The position numbers were made by a program, and so were the translations under genes. A model generated the notes under the pieces. It ran no database searches. It saw only the letters and a list, made by a program, of their open reading frames with translations, and was not told where the DNA came from. 64,000 nt of DNA, taken from contig JASCQW010000081.1 of the NCBI GenBank assembly GCA_030264375.1, positions 40,202,246 through 40,266,245 on the forward strand. The letters run 5' to 3'. This DNA is from Carcharhinus longimanus (Eukaryota). Positions within the stretch are counted from its first letter, which is position 1; every line of letters starts with the position of its first letter. Shown one piece after another: positions 23,575 to 35,586 of this stretch.

Positions 23575-24140
23575 AAATTCATTCATGAGATGTGGGTGTC
23601 TTTGGCTAGGTCAGCACTTTTTGTCCATCCATAATTGCCCTTGAGAAGGTAGTGGTGAGCTGCCTTCTTTAATCGCTGCAGTCCCTGTGCTGTTAGGGAG
23701 AGTGGTCCAGGATTTTGACCCAGCAACAGTGAAGGAATGGTGATATATTTCCAGGTCAGGATGGTGAGTGGCTTGGAGGCGAATTTCCACATGGTGGTGT
23801 TCCCATGTGTCTGCTGTGCTTGTCTTTCTAGACGTTAGTGGTTGTGGACTTGGAAGGTACTGCCGAAGGAACCTTTATAAGTTCCTGTAGATGGTGCACA
23901 CAGCTGCTACTGTGCATTGGTGGTGGAGGGAGTGNNNNNNNNNNNNNNNNNNNNNNNNNNNNNNNNNNNNNNNNNNNNNNNNNNNNNNNNNNNNNNNNNN
24001 NNNNNNNNNNNNNNNNNNNNNNNNNNNNNNNNNNTGATTGTTTGTGGGTGGAGTGCCAATCAAGTGTGCTGCTTTGTCCTGGATGGTGTCAAGCTCCTTA
24101 AGTGTTGCTAGAGCTCCACTTATTCAGGCAAGTGGAGACA
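23575..24140 (-). mobile_element. L2/CR1-group LINE 3' end (shares its tail with the Meta-type SINE); spans a gap
   Basis: ORF 23583-23792 KPLTILTWKYITIPSLLLGQNPG..GLQRLKKAAHHYLLKGN; tail ttcattcatgagatgtgggtgtc... Confidence 0.8.
23935..24033. other. Assembly gap (99 N)
   Basis: N run; further short gaps at 25746-25755, 25987-25994 and 63114-63123. Confidence 1.
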
Positions 24141-24445
24141 ACAGCCAACAATCAACAGCCAAACTACATTAGCTTAGCACATGGACCCTGCTGAGGTACA
24201 GACATGCATAAGATTCAGTAAAAGAGCTGTGGGTTGAGTGAAGTTTGGCAAGCTGTAAACTTGGAACAAGTTGACAGATTCAATTTTCTTGCATATGCCA
24301 GTTACCTGGTACATGATACTGCTGCTTAGTCTTACCTCACCAGACTTTTTTTAAAGCGAGCTGTCTTTTCCCATTTCTGCTTCCAGGCACAATAAGTAGG
24401 GTTGAGTTTAGCCAGCACCTTCTGCTCAGTGCAATGTACTGCTAT

Positions 24446-24605
24446 TAGAGTCACCAATCCTTCTAGATTGCCCTAGAATCTCCAGGAATTAAAGATCAAT
24501 CTTGGAAGAAAAGTTATAGTGGCACGTTAAAAAAAAATCAGAGGTGGGAAGTAGGCAGTTTGATGAAACCTCCTGGAAGACCTACACTCAATGTTAGCAA
24601 TGCTA
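24446..24605. mobile_element. Old MITE with decayed AGGGTTGCCAAC-type TIRs
   Basis: tagagtcaccaatcc...tctccaggaattaaagat...gttagcaatgcta. Confidence 0.4.
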
Positions 24606-25374
24606 ACAGTTATTTGCTGGGGAGTATGATCTGACATGATTAACAGGCAAGCCTCATTGTCGCATCATGTGCTCCGCACTACGCTGTCCTTTCAACCAAG
24701 TAAATCATTCATTAAACCCTCGCTGTCTATATTTTCCAAAGGCTGAGCATTAAAAGAGGTGACAACATGGTTTTCCACCATAAACAGCCACTTACCTTCA
24801 TGTAGACGTATCCCTTTAATTTGGAGCAGTGGGGCCCCTTCATTACACAATTAAACAAGTTCCACCTCCACAGGGAGTGCAAGTAAATTATTAAAAATAG
24901 CTGAACTTGTGGAATCTGGCGATACCAATCAGGCAGGAGAGCATGATCAGTAAAGTGGTTCTCCCAGGTCAAAGTTAACTTATTACACTTGGGGTTTGCT
25001 GGATACTGCACAATTAACAACCACACGATCTTGAAATTGGTCCTTTTTTATTGTATAAAGTAGCCAGAATACTCCCGTTAACTTTGTGGGAAAATACATC
25101 AGCAAGTAAGGGTTGTAAGGACATAACCCAGGTTCAACCCACAATCGATACCAAGTTAGCTGATAGAAGCTCATGCTGAATGGCCAAGCCATTGCAAAAT
25201 AGAAAGGGAAAAGGAGTAAGTAGGACTGCAGGCCTTAAATACTTCAGTCACAAAACAGGGGTAACTTCAACTCTAGTCTCAAATACCATTAATTATGAAG
25301 CTGAATATCGAAATTTGGGGACAAGGAGAAGCTTATCCTGAGACTTAGCAACCTAACTTAAATGAGGTTTGATA

Positions 25375-25545
25375 GTTTCTCCCACAGTCCGAAAGACATG
25401 CTGGGTAGGTGCAGTGGCCGTGCTAAATTCTCCCTCAGGGTGCCCGAACAGACGCCAGAGTGTGATGACCAGGAGATTTTCACAATAACCTTTATTGCAG
25501 TGTTAACGTAAGCCTACTTGTGACGCTCATAAATGATTGATTATT
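25375..25545 (+). mobile_element. V-SINE (type B tail), 5'-truncated
   Basis: ctcccacagtccgaaagac...gctaaattctccctcag...gtaagcctacttgtgac. Confidence 0.85.
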
Positions 25546-26817
25546 AAAGTACGCTTGCAGTCTACCAGTTCCGATGCAAGGATACCTTCCTACACCCCGG
25601 TTTATTTAATTATTCCAGGATAGAATGTATCCATAAAATCTCAATTTAAAAAAAACTTTGAAAGACAGTAAAATAACTGATTAACCCAGTCAGCCCTCAA
25701 AATGCCCTTGTTGCTCTATGAAAATGGAACATTGGAAATCCATTCNNNNNNNNNNTTATCATCCAAGTCTGCCAAACTATACATTATAAATGAAAGTTTT
25801 ATAACCCACAATTATCATTCAGTTTAAAGGTTAGCATTACAGTGTGATTTTCAAATGCTATTTAGAATCATAAAACTTGCAGCCCTCTTTTGAAAAAAAG
25901 AGATCAGTTCAGCAGAAAAGAAGGATTCCTTCCCCCCCCACACACCCCCCACCCCCCCAGTATATTGGGATTGGGGATTAAAAACCNNNNNNNNAGTGGA
26001 GAATTTTCAAGTCTCATATGGGAGGCAGAGAAACAGGGCTGCTATGCTGCATCTTCAGTGGCCAAAAATGAAAGCGCCCACTCATAGATCCCAAAGGCTG
26101 ACAGTGCCAGGGTCCTGCACACTTGTGCCAGCCTAATGATCATTCTCCAATACTTCCGGGGTTGGGCAGAGAATAGCATGAGCAGCAGAAGTTCTATCAA
26201 AGCTTGGATAATATTCCCCCCCAAGTACAAGAGTACAATTGCATGGAAGTTTTGTTAAATGTTGATAAGTTCATTCAGCAGCACATATTTCTATGCCATG
26301 CTGCTGAATACAGTAGGTATTTTGGCATCATGGTGCAAACAAAAAACGATTAGTACTGTTGTCAATGTACCAAGCAAAAATAAAAGACCTTGCTCATGTT
26401 AAATTAGTCTTCAGCCTCAGAAGTCATTGGGTGATGTCCAAAATGCTGCTCAATTAAAGCTTATTTTATAAAACATAGCCTTTAGATTATTATGGAATAT
26501 TCTTAAGATAGGGTCACAAGTGCCATTTATATAAATCGCAATATAAAATACAATTTGTATTTCATAGCTCTCCCTCATATCACATAATAGTAAGTAAGGA
26601 CAATCTAATTTTTGCCACCAGATGTCTCTAGCTCACTGCACAAGTAATACACAATAGAGTGTTTTCAAATTAAATTGAAGACATCAGTGGCAGCTAAAAA
26701 GACAAGGGACCAGTTCTCAGATCATTTTCACTGCGACAGCAAAGTGTTCCAATTAGACATGCTAAACCTGCTTTTGTGTGTAATTCTACTGTTGCACTGT
26801 TCAAGTTTCTACTTAGT

Positions 26818-27230
26818 CTTGCCTCTAGGTCAGAACAGAGTTAGTTCCAGCACAACCCCAATGCTTCCGCACAAAATCTATGCTGACATTTCAGTACAGT
26901 ATGGAGGGAGTGCCACACTGTCAAAAGTGCTGACTTTCAGATGAGGCATTAAATCAAGGTCCCATCGGCTTTCTCAGGTCAACTATCAAGATTCCATAGC
27001 ACTTGTTCAGAAAAGAACAAGTCATTCGTCTTCTGGCCAATACAAACCTTTCAACTAGTGGTGTGCAAAACAGATGAACAGTTCATTCATCTCATTGTTG
27101 TCCGTAGGACTTTGCTGTGTACAAATTGGTTTCCACATACGAACACAAAATAACAATGACTGCATTTCAAAAGATACTTCTTTGGCTGTGAAACCAAGGG
27201 ACATTCTTAAAGCACTGTATACAACAAATG
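26818..27230 (+). mobile_element. SacSINE1/DeuSINE-like element
   Basis: gctgacatttcagtacagtatggagggagtgccacactgtc...tttcagatgaggcattaaatcaaggtccc Deu-like core; ttcaaaagatacttctttggctgt tail. Confidence 0.7.
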
Positions 27231-28387
27231 CTGTTTCACTTAGACTCGTAGCCAGTAAGCAAATCGTGTACTTTTAAATAAACTTCAGCTGCAGATGACC
27301 AAGCAAAATCTTTTAAAATTAACAGTGGAACATGTGCAATTTATGCCAGCTTAGTTCTCTGGGAAAGAACTTTATTTAGTGCTGGAAAGGAAAGTATAAT
27401 TAATTCTACTAAGAGAATATGCGGGCGTGCCTCGCTACCAAGAATGAAGCTTTCTGCTTGTAGACTCCTGGGACTGAATTTTTGTTTTCAGGACAGGGGC
27501 AGACATCAGAACATTGTGGGGGCAGGAGAAGGATTAAAAATGGTAAAGACCGTCAGCATTAGCACAATGGCCTTACTATACTTATTGGCTACCTGCCACT
27601 TGTGGGCAAGTAGTCATCATGCCACCCTCCCAACCAGCCTCTTCGAAGAGAGTCCCAAGATGGGGGACATGTCAGCAAATCTGATCGGTAGTAGGAAATT
27701 GCTAGCATGACCTTCTCCATATGTAATTCCGCAACCTTTCCAAAATGCAGTGCCTGAGGGTGAGTAAGGGATGACTGAAGCTGCTTGTAAACTCCTGTGC
27801 CCAGGTTAGAAGACCTCAGGGCTTTTCTCGTTTTCTGTAACTTCTGCAGCAACTAAATAAAATGACCAGATCCCATGTGCTTGTGCTAATTAGGATCAAG
27901 AGATCTGGAGTACTGTATCGCAGTGATGTTCAGCTGCTGAGATGGAATTTTGCTTAACCTTGTCTAACACATTAAAGCCACCGTTGAGTTATCCCCAGTG
28001 GGAAAGATATCTAAACCCATTCTGAGCTGAATTCAAGTTTCACAGTTGAAGTTAATTGTCAGCTACTTGTATCGTCTCACTTTCTGCCATTGACAAGAGG
28101 CAAAGATACTGAGGTCACAAATACCTGCAGGATTGACTTTCTTGACTAATACATTGGGTGTCAGAGTGTGACAGGTCTGCACCACACACACAAGGCCAAC
28201 ACACTTACTTAGAATAGATAACTTATCCTCTGACTATGAGCAATGTTTACAGGAGATCAGCTAGTAAGACAAAAAAAAGCTACTGGAATCATTCTCAAGG
28301 CTTTGTCATGACCAATATTGGTACAGATCATTTGTCTACAATCACATCATAATTTTCCCAAAGTAAAAGGTCAATTAAAATAGACAA

Positions 28388-28588
28388 TGGCCAAAACTTT
28401 TCAGCTGTTCGTACTGATGGGATTTCCCGGTACTGCCAACAGTGCATCCCTGCTACGGCTTTCACGGTGGTGAGGGAGAAACCCCGTTGATAATGGCAGG
28501 ACCAGGAGGTCCCGCCATTGGTCAATGGCAGGGCTGCCCCCTGCCGCAATAAAACACATGGCAGGTTGCATGACAGATCTCTGCCCAA
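28388..28588. mobile_element. MITE (Harbinger-like TIRs)
   Basis: tggccaaaacttttc ... gatctctgccca ends, GC-rich interior with internal inverted motifs. Confidence 0.65.
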
Positions 28589-29844
28589 TATGTTCAAAGT
28601 CAACCCTGCATGTTGCTTGACTCTCAACTTCATAATCAAGTGGACTGAGATACACTTAAGCTGTCCAGGAAATCTGGGCCAACAAGTGACAGTGATTTAC
28701 TGTACCTAAACCAGATGGCAAATTTCCTGAGATTGGCGGGTGTGGGTAGCACTGTTTTTGCTTTATTCAGGCACCGATAATGGGAGTGCTGCTTGGAATC
28801 CTTCATATTCAATACTAAAACTCGTTACTATGATAACAACTCTGTGTTCCTTAAACTAAAAACTGAAGGCCAGCACTTTAAATAAACCAGTTATTCCAAA
28901 AACTTTCTGACCTCCCCATAAATGTAACTCTCAGGCGCAGAATTATAGGTTCAAACCCAGGGCAATCATATAATTTTTAAGTGGTTAGGTGTCCAGAGGA
29001 AGGCTCTCCCTGACAGCCTCAGCTTTCAGCCTGTGCTTAGGTCCTCCCTTCAACCACTACTTGTGGTTTTACACAGCCACAGGATCGCAGTGACACGAAG
29101 GCATAGAATCGCTCCCCATAAAAAGAAAAAGTTAGCCAAAGTGCAGTGGTGGCACACAGCCAATGGAGACTGCTGTAAAGAGGTGTTGCCAGTCTCAGCA
29201 TCCACAAACTATATATCAGTAACCCTCAATTACATATTTTGTAAACCACTTCTTTAAAAACATAACTGAAAGAAAATTGCAGTTTGCCAACATCCGATTC
29301 ATGAATCTGGTCTGCTGTTGCCACCTATACAGTAACACCACATGCAATTCATATTCAAACAAAAATAATAATCAAAATAATATACGAACTCCACAGGTAG
29401 GAGTAGTAGTGATGTGGCCTGTGTGCACTGCTGAAACTGGGCCAGCAGAAAAACATGCTGGTCCAGAACACATCAGGCCCAACACAGCCTGCAAAATTTG
29501 GGATTTACTTGAAGAAGGACAGGGGCTGCCTTTGTAGTTCAAGATGAAGGATGCCAGTGACCCTGGAATACTATAGCAATAGAGGAGGCCTATCTTCTTC
29601 CTTCAGGAGATTGATCTTCTTTCTTCAATAGTGGGTCAGTGATCTCCAGTGCATTTTTAACATAGCACAACAGCAGATTGTGTACCTTCAAGCTCATCCT
29701 GCCATGGATAGTGGTACAAAATCACCAGATGCGTAATTAATTACGCAGAGGTGGATGATATGGGATAGTTTCCCGCCAGCCTCCGTAGCAGGAAACAGTC
29801 CCCATTTCACCACAGGACTTAGCCCAGGTTAGGTGAATTCCATC

Positions 29845-30014
29845 CAGATTATCTGGTCAGTATCACATTGCTGTCTATAGCAGTTTGCTGTGTGCAAGTT
29901 CACTGCCATGTTTCTTAAGTGGCCATAGTGAGCACACTCCAAAAGTAGTAAATTGGCTGTAAAGCACTGTGCAAAGAACCATGGTCATAAAAGGCGCTAC
30001 ATAAATGCAAGTAT
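29845..30014 (+). mobile_element. SacSINE1/DeuSINE-like 3' half
   Basis: cagattatctggtc...ttgctgtgtgcaa...attggctgtaaagcac...aaaggcgctacataaatgcaagt. Confidence 0.7.
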
Positions 30015-30015
30015 T

Positions 30016-30684
30016 TGGCCGGGAATTCACGTCAGGCGAGTTTGCCATTGGGAGCAGAAACTATTGCATGAATGCATGATACGATTGTTCCCTCCCCTGG
30101 TCTGTGTTGGGGCATGTTTCCTGATGTTTAATGTTGGGAACCTCTTTTGAACATATTAATATGTAATTACCTGACCTGCATGCCAAATCAGCCCTCCCCC
30201 ACCATCAGAAAATCCATCCATGGTAGCATGACGGCTGAGTGGCTTCCGAAAGTGTGCACCTGGTAAGCAGAATTCCCAGGGGAGCTTAGGTGAGTGCAGT
30301 GCTCAGGGAGGAGGAGGGCTATACCTCCGTAGTCCCCTGGCACTACCTGGGCATTTCCATCACTGCCTTGGCACTAACCAGGGAGTGCTCAGATAGTGTC
30401 AAAGGATGTGCCTGGGGAGCGGGGGGGGGCATTTCTAGTGTTAACTGATTTGGCTGCTGTGCATTGGAACGGCCTTTACAAATAGCGCCTTGGATCCTCA
30501 AGTTGCTGGTGGGATGGGCGAATCAGAGACTGCCCACCCACCAGCAATATGTGTTGTGGGACCCGTTACTTCAGCTTTCGTTTTCTATGTCCCACACTAC
30601 AAGGCTGAGGAAGCCTTCGTTGCCATCAGCGGCTTCAACATCAGATTTGCCGCCTCTGCCTATACCTGAGAAAAATCTTACCCA
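30016..30684. mobile_element. Non-autonomous Harbinger-like element / long MITE
   Basis: Imperfect TIRs tggccgggaattc / gaaaaatcttaccca; GC-rich interior with ggcac-type repeats. Confidence 0.6.
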
Positions 30685-32104
30685 TCCTCTTTTTTACTGA
30701 CAAGTCTGAAAGCATTATACTTTGGGAACTTAGTGCATATTTGAGAACTCAGCAACGTATATGAGACTAAGGAAGTATACAAAGATCAACTTTGGCAGAT
30801 TTTGAGGGCTGCATTTCATTTATTTTAAACCAATCATTATTGTTCTAACCCCAATATTTATATTATGTCATCCTCTTGTTTCTCCCATGCTCCCAGCATC
30901 TCCTATTTTTAGATTTGATTAGTTCTACCCAAGTTACTAGAAAATCTTCAATCTTTTGAAATGCATGTCATTTCATATCAATGGCCAGGTTTTTCTGTGC
31001 CAACTAGTAACTTTATGTTCAGGCAGCAGTGACTCCAGAATGTCTGCTCCTTCTCCAGAAACAATCCCAGGGATATAGTCTGAAGCACACCGTCCATTTC
31101 TCCTCCCCCACCTGTCCCCTATATACCTAGCTGGGGCCTCTGCATTCCGAACAACGGTTGAGTGCAATGCCTGACATTGAACTGGTGACTGTCTTAATGA
31201 CACAGAGAAAGGTTGATACCGTTGCTGTGAATTAAATCAGGAGGATCTCAGATGATTAATAACATAAATACCATTTCAGCAATATTTTGACCTATTAAAT
31301 CTTAATATCAAGTTATTAATGAGTCTGAAAACATTGTTCCATTTGCCACAACAGTCAGATGGTTCTTGGGAGAAGATTAACCCAAACATTTTAAATTCCA
31401 AAGGTTAAAACTCTCAGAAATTTCTGCCTACTTTTGTAGTTCTCTAGATTCGAACACTCATCAGAAATAAACTTTGGGACAAAACATTTAAAATTCAAAA
31501 TATTCAGCGACTACGAAAGGTACAAATATTCAAAGTAGAAAAATGACTGTACCAAATTTCCCAACAACTCATTAGCTTTTCATTTGTAACCACAGCTAGC
31601 CAAAGGAGAATCATTTTTGTTATATGAGAACTCATAGTTTTCCTTGCAAGGCAGTTATTAGATTTGCACTAAATATTAAAGGAATCATAGATGTTGTATC
31701 TGAGCCTCAATTGCTGTTGATGTGAGTGAACTCCAGGAACTTTTTGTGATACAATAAAGATGTGATTTATAAATCATTTCCTTCTGTAAATGCTCTATCT
31801 AAGGAACGATTCTGCCAGTTTGTGGGTGACTGAGATTCACAGTGCAAAAATGTGATCATAATTTAACACAAATTGGGACTAAATTACTAAAATCTGAGAG
31901 TACACAGGGTGGCTATAATGGTGAATGGAAATGGCACCCACGTTGATCCCTCTTAATAACGAGTTGCCAAGAAGCTCAAAAAATAGAAAAATATAATATA
32001 GAAGGAATTATTGTGAAGAATACCATTCATGATCGCACTGCTTAAAGCATGCTGAGCAAAAAGTTAAAATTTCAATTGTCGCTTGATAGCACACAACTTG
32101 AATA

Positions 32105-32285
32105 TTGTTGATAAAAGAGTCATGCTGTTGAAGCTTTTCATCTTTAACCCATCAGGACAGATGCGCAAGAATATCAAATCTCAAAGGGAACAATGATTTA
32201 TACTGCATGTGCAGAGGGAACTGATTGGTTGGCAAGTGGACTCTGATTGGTAGAGGCAATGCCCGAGAATGCACCGGGGATGCTG
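32105..32285 (-). mobile_element. Penelope-like terminal fragment (second family) with decayed hammerhead at 32126-32159
   Basis: Minus strand tgtc-CTGATGG-gttaaagat-GAAA-agctt-c-aaca, with palindromic AAGCTT stem III; adjacent ctgattgg direct repeats. Confidence 0.65.
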
Positions 32286-34094
32286 CACAGTAAAAGCTGT
32301 CCTGATACGTGCACGATGAAAACATTTGACAGGTTTCTTAAAATAAACATAAAAATACACGAATTGCTCTGCCACAGTAAAATTTTGCATTTACTGGATT
32401 CAGAACAATCAGTAACATGTGAGTGATCATAACGTACAAGTTTAGATAATTTTTGTTTTCAGGTCAAGATGCTGGTCATCTCAACTGATCTTCCCATGCC
32501 CAAGTGTCTATTTTCTTTTATTTATAGAAGCTAAATATACTTTTGGTAACAGAATAATTTTACTTCTCTGATATTAATATTTTATGAGAGGGTTTGATGG
32601 AAAGAGTTATAAATCTTCATCTGTTTCACTTGAGTAACTGGACTACATTTGCCAAAATAAGACAAAACAACACACCCACCTTCCAACAATACTTTCTTAA
32701 TTCTCCAATCGTCCCTACCAGTGGGAAAATCAGCTCGCACCAAACAAGTCCTTGGAAAATTTGGGGTTTGGTCCATATGCTGACATGGAAAGATCAAAAC
32801 AAATAAAGTCCAGTCTAATCTTTAGCTATTGTGCCCAGTCCTTTCAAGAATTTTTATGAAGGCATTTCTACAATTCTGTAATTACAATAATTTAATTTCC
32901 TTGTTCAATTTACCTAAACAGTTATGGTTGATTTGATTCTAAAGAAAAAGATTGCTTTATCTTGTCCTATCCAATCTGCACTTCAGTATTCACACTGAAC
33001 TATTCATCCTGTTCTGAATAAATTCTCTTGTGGTGTCAACCTTAATAAGTCATCCTTAAAACCTGCATTTAAAATGTGTTCTTTTTTCCAGGAGGCAGTC
33101 ATCTCTGCATTATTGAGAGATCGACGATTTGTTCTAATGTAAAACAACTACAGTGGAACTATGTTCATCATATACATCTGTCAGTAAACATTCTTGGACT
33201 GCTGTGAGAGAACAATGTGAACCAAACACTGCATTATATGCTTTATTGGGTGGAAAGAGGGGTTGAATTGCACAAAATTGCTCAGATTAGTGAAGATCAA
33301 GGGACAGAGGTCATTTTCATTATGCAAACTCTACGTGGCGACAAGAGAACTAAAGACCCTTAACTTTTTTTTAGATCATTGGTGTGATTTTTAAAATTCT
33401 TTTTTGTTCCCTTCTCAGATTTTTTTTCCCTTTTCAAGCATATTTTCTACAAGCTTTCTTTGCACATTTGCTAAGTTAAAACAAAAATACATTGACAGCT
33501 ACAGTCCTGTCTAGCTGCATACTGCACAACACTGAAGCCACCAATGATGGCATTATGACTGAAGCAGGCAGTAGGAGTTTCTTAACCTCAAGACTTTTAA
33601 GTAAGACCAAAGATGAATGCAGTCAACACTCTGTGTTTTCTCGTCACATATTTCTACTTCAAATGCTGTGAACCACTCAGAAAAATTGAGAGCAATCTTC
33701 AGGAAGTTCCTGGGCACACAACCAACACTAACTTAAAAAGCATTTATTTTCCCATTTGAAAAAAGACAACTATAATGTATGAGCAATTTTTTTTATAACA
33801 ATGGACTTATGGTGTCACTTCTCACATATTTTTGTCAGTTTTGGGTAAATTGCCAGTGTTGCACCTCAGTGTTCAGATAATTCACATATCCATAGCAGTT
33901 GATGCCAAGGTTCTGGGAATGTCTGTCTGTGGAGTTGGTTTTTGAAAAATTGAAGGAAAATCATTCATGCTGCAAATCAGGCATGCTGGCTCTCAGCTTC
34001 TGACCTCCCACCGTCAATGCCATAGAAGTCCAGTACATGTAAAATACACTGAATCCAAAGACAGGATTATTTATCTTCATCCTTTTTAGAAACA

Positions 34095-34500
34095 CAATTC
34101 TTGACGGCCTCCAACCTAATTCAGAACTGAGGCCTGAGTCTTTTATTACCTAAAGTCCAGCATACTCATCAACCCATTTTCACCCAGCTCCACTGGCTTT
34201 CTGTAAGCAATTGGATAGATTTAAACAATGTCATCCTTTTCCACTGCAAACCCATTTACAGCCTTGCTTAATTTTACCTTAAATGATATTCTTTAGACAT
34301 TCATACAGTTCTTTTTAACTCTGGACTATAAATTATCTTCACTCCTTCCTTCCATCTTGAAGATCAATCATTTTAGTCCCTACCAAATGTCGCTGGAATT
34401 CTCCAAGATTACTTGATACCAGTTTCCCTTCCCTACGTTATAAACCCATGCCTCTAGCATTGTCCTCAGACTCTTTTTGTGCTTGGTGTCCACCTCTTGA
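34095..34500 (+). mobile_element. Degenerate L2 LINE 3' fragment
   Basis: atcaacccattttcacccagctccactggctttctgtaagcaa reads INPFSPSSTG/LHWLSVSN, resembling L2 ITPVLxxLHWLPV. Confidence 0.5.
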
Positions 34501-34669
34501 TCTTGTAGCAGGCTCTCAAACTTTACTTCAATACTTAATTTATGAATGTAAATTGTCTCTTTGTGCAAATGTACAATTTGTCAATAAATGATGAGAAACC
34601 TCAAAACATGAGATGCTTGTGGCCAAAACATATGTGACATTTAACCACTGGAAATCTTTGCATTCAAAG

Positions 34670-35015
34670 GGAGTGCAATGATGGCACAGTGATTAGCGCT
34701 GCTGTTTCACAGCGTCAGGGGCCTGGATTTGAATCCAGCCTTGGGTGACTGTCTGTGTGGAGTTTGCATATACTCCCCGTGCCTGCGTGAGTTTCCTCCG
34801 GGTGCTCTGGTTTCTTCCCACAGTCCAAAGTGCGCAGATTACGTGGATTGGCCATGCTAAATTGAGCCTTAGTGTTCAAGGATGTGTAGATTACGTTGAT
34901 TAGCCATGTTAAATGTGTAGGGTTACAGGGATAGGGCAGGGAGGGGTTGGGTCTGGGTAGGACGCTCTTTAAATGGGCCAAATGCCCTACTTCTGAACAG
35001 TAGGGATTCTATAGT
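34670..35015 (+). mobile_element. HE1-type V-SINE with CR1-like tail
   Basis: Head atggcacagtgattagcgctgctg, V-domain, tail gggccaaatgcc..cttctg..gtagggattctat. Confidence 0.88.
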
Positions 35016-35292
35016 TCTGTGGTATGGTTCTAAAAATTTATATTTGGGTTGGCTATTTACAGAAGTGGACAAATATTCCAGGCAGATATAAGCTATACTT
35101 GATTATTGTGTCTTATATTTTAATGGCCTGGTTTGGAGTTTCATGCTCCTTAAAAGGGACAGGAGAACATTAGCAATAGCTTTTGTCTGTCTATTGACCA
35201 TCTCAAACTGAAAGTGGAAGCAGTAGGCAGACAGAAATGTTTAAAAACATGGCCTTCTGAGATCTGCACAACTAGATTTTTAAGCAACCCTT

Positions 35293-35586
35293 GGGTCGGC
35301 ATGGTGGCACATTGATGAGCACTGTTGCCTCACAGTACCAGGGATCCGGGTTCGGTTACAGCCTTGGGTCACTGTCTGTGTGGAGTTTGCATGTTCTCCC
35401 TGCGCGTTTCCTCCAAGTACTCTGTTTTCTTCCCATAGTCCAAAGATGTGTGCAGCCATGCTAAATTGTCCCTTAGTGCCAGGGTAATTTGCAGGGTAAA
35501 TATGTGGGGATAGGGACTGGGTGGGCTTGTTGTCTGTGCAAGTTGATGGGCAGAATGGAGTCCTTCTGTACTGTATGGATTCTATA
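35293..35586 (+). mobile_element. HE1-type V-SINE with CR1-like tail
   Basis: ggcatggtggcac head, V-domain, tail gatgggcagaatgg..ccttctgtactgtatggattctat. Confidence 0.85.

Noticed and set aside
26273-26309. Hairpin ATTCAGCAGCA...TGCTGCTGAAT with a miR-15/16-like AGCAGCAC seed
   Set aside because: Only 37 nt; the would-be mature sequence crosses the loop and diverges from miR-15/16 after the seed.
27470-27900. GC-richer MITE-like patches (also ~2240-2520, 9880-10060, 35660-35990 and 45990-46310)
   Set aside because: Probably decayed DNA-transposon relics, but I could not define both termini or a family, so they are not listed as features.
32463-33170. Good-looking + strand acceptors at ~32462 and ~33091
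   Set aside because: No matching strong donors; frames close quickly or give unrecognisable peptides.
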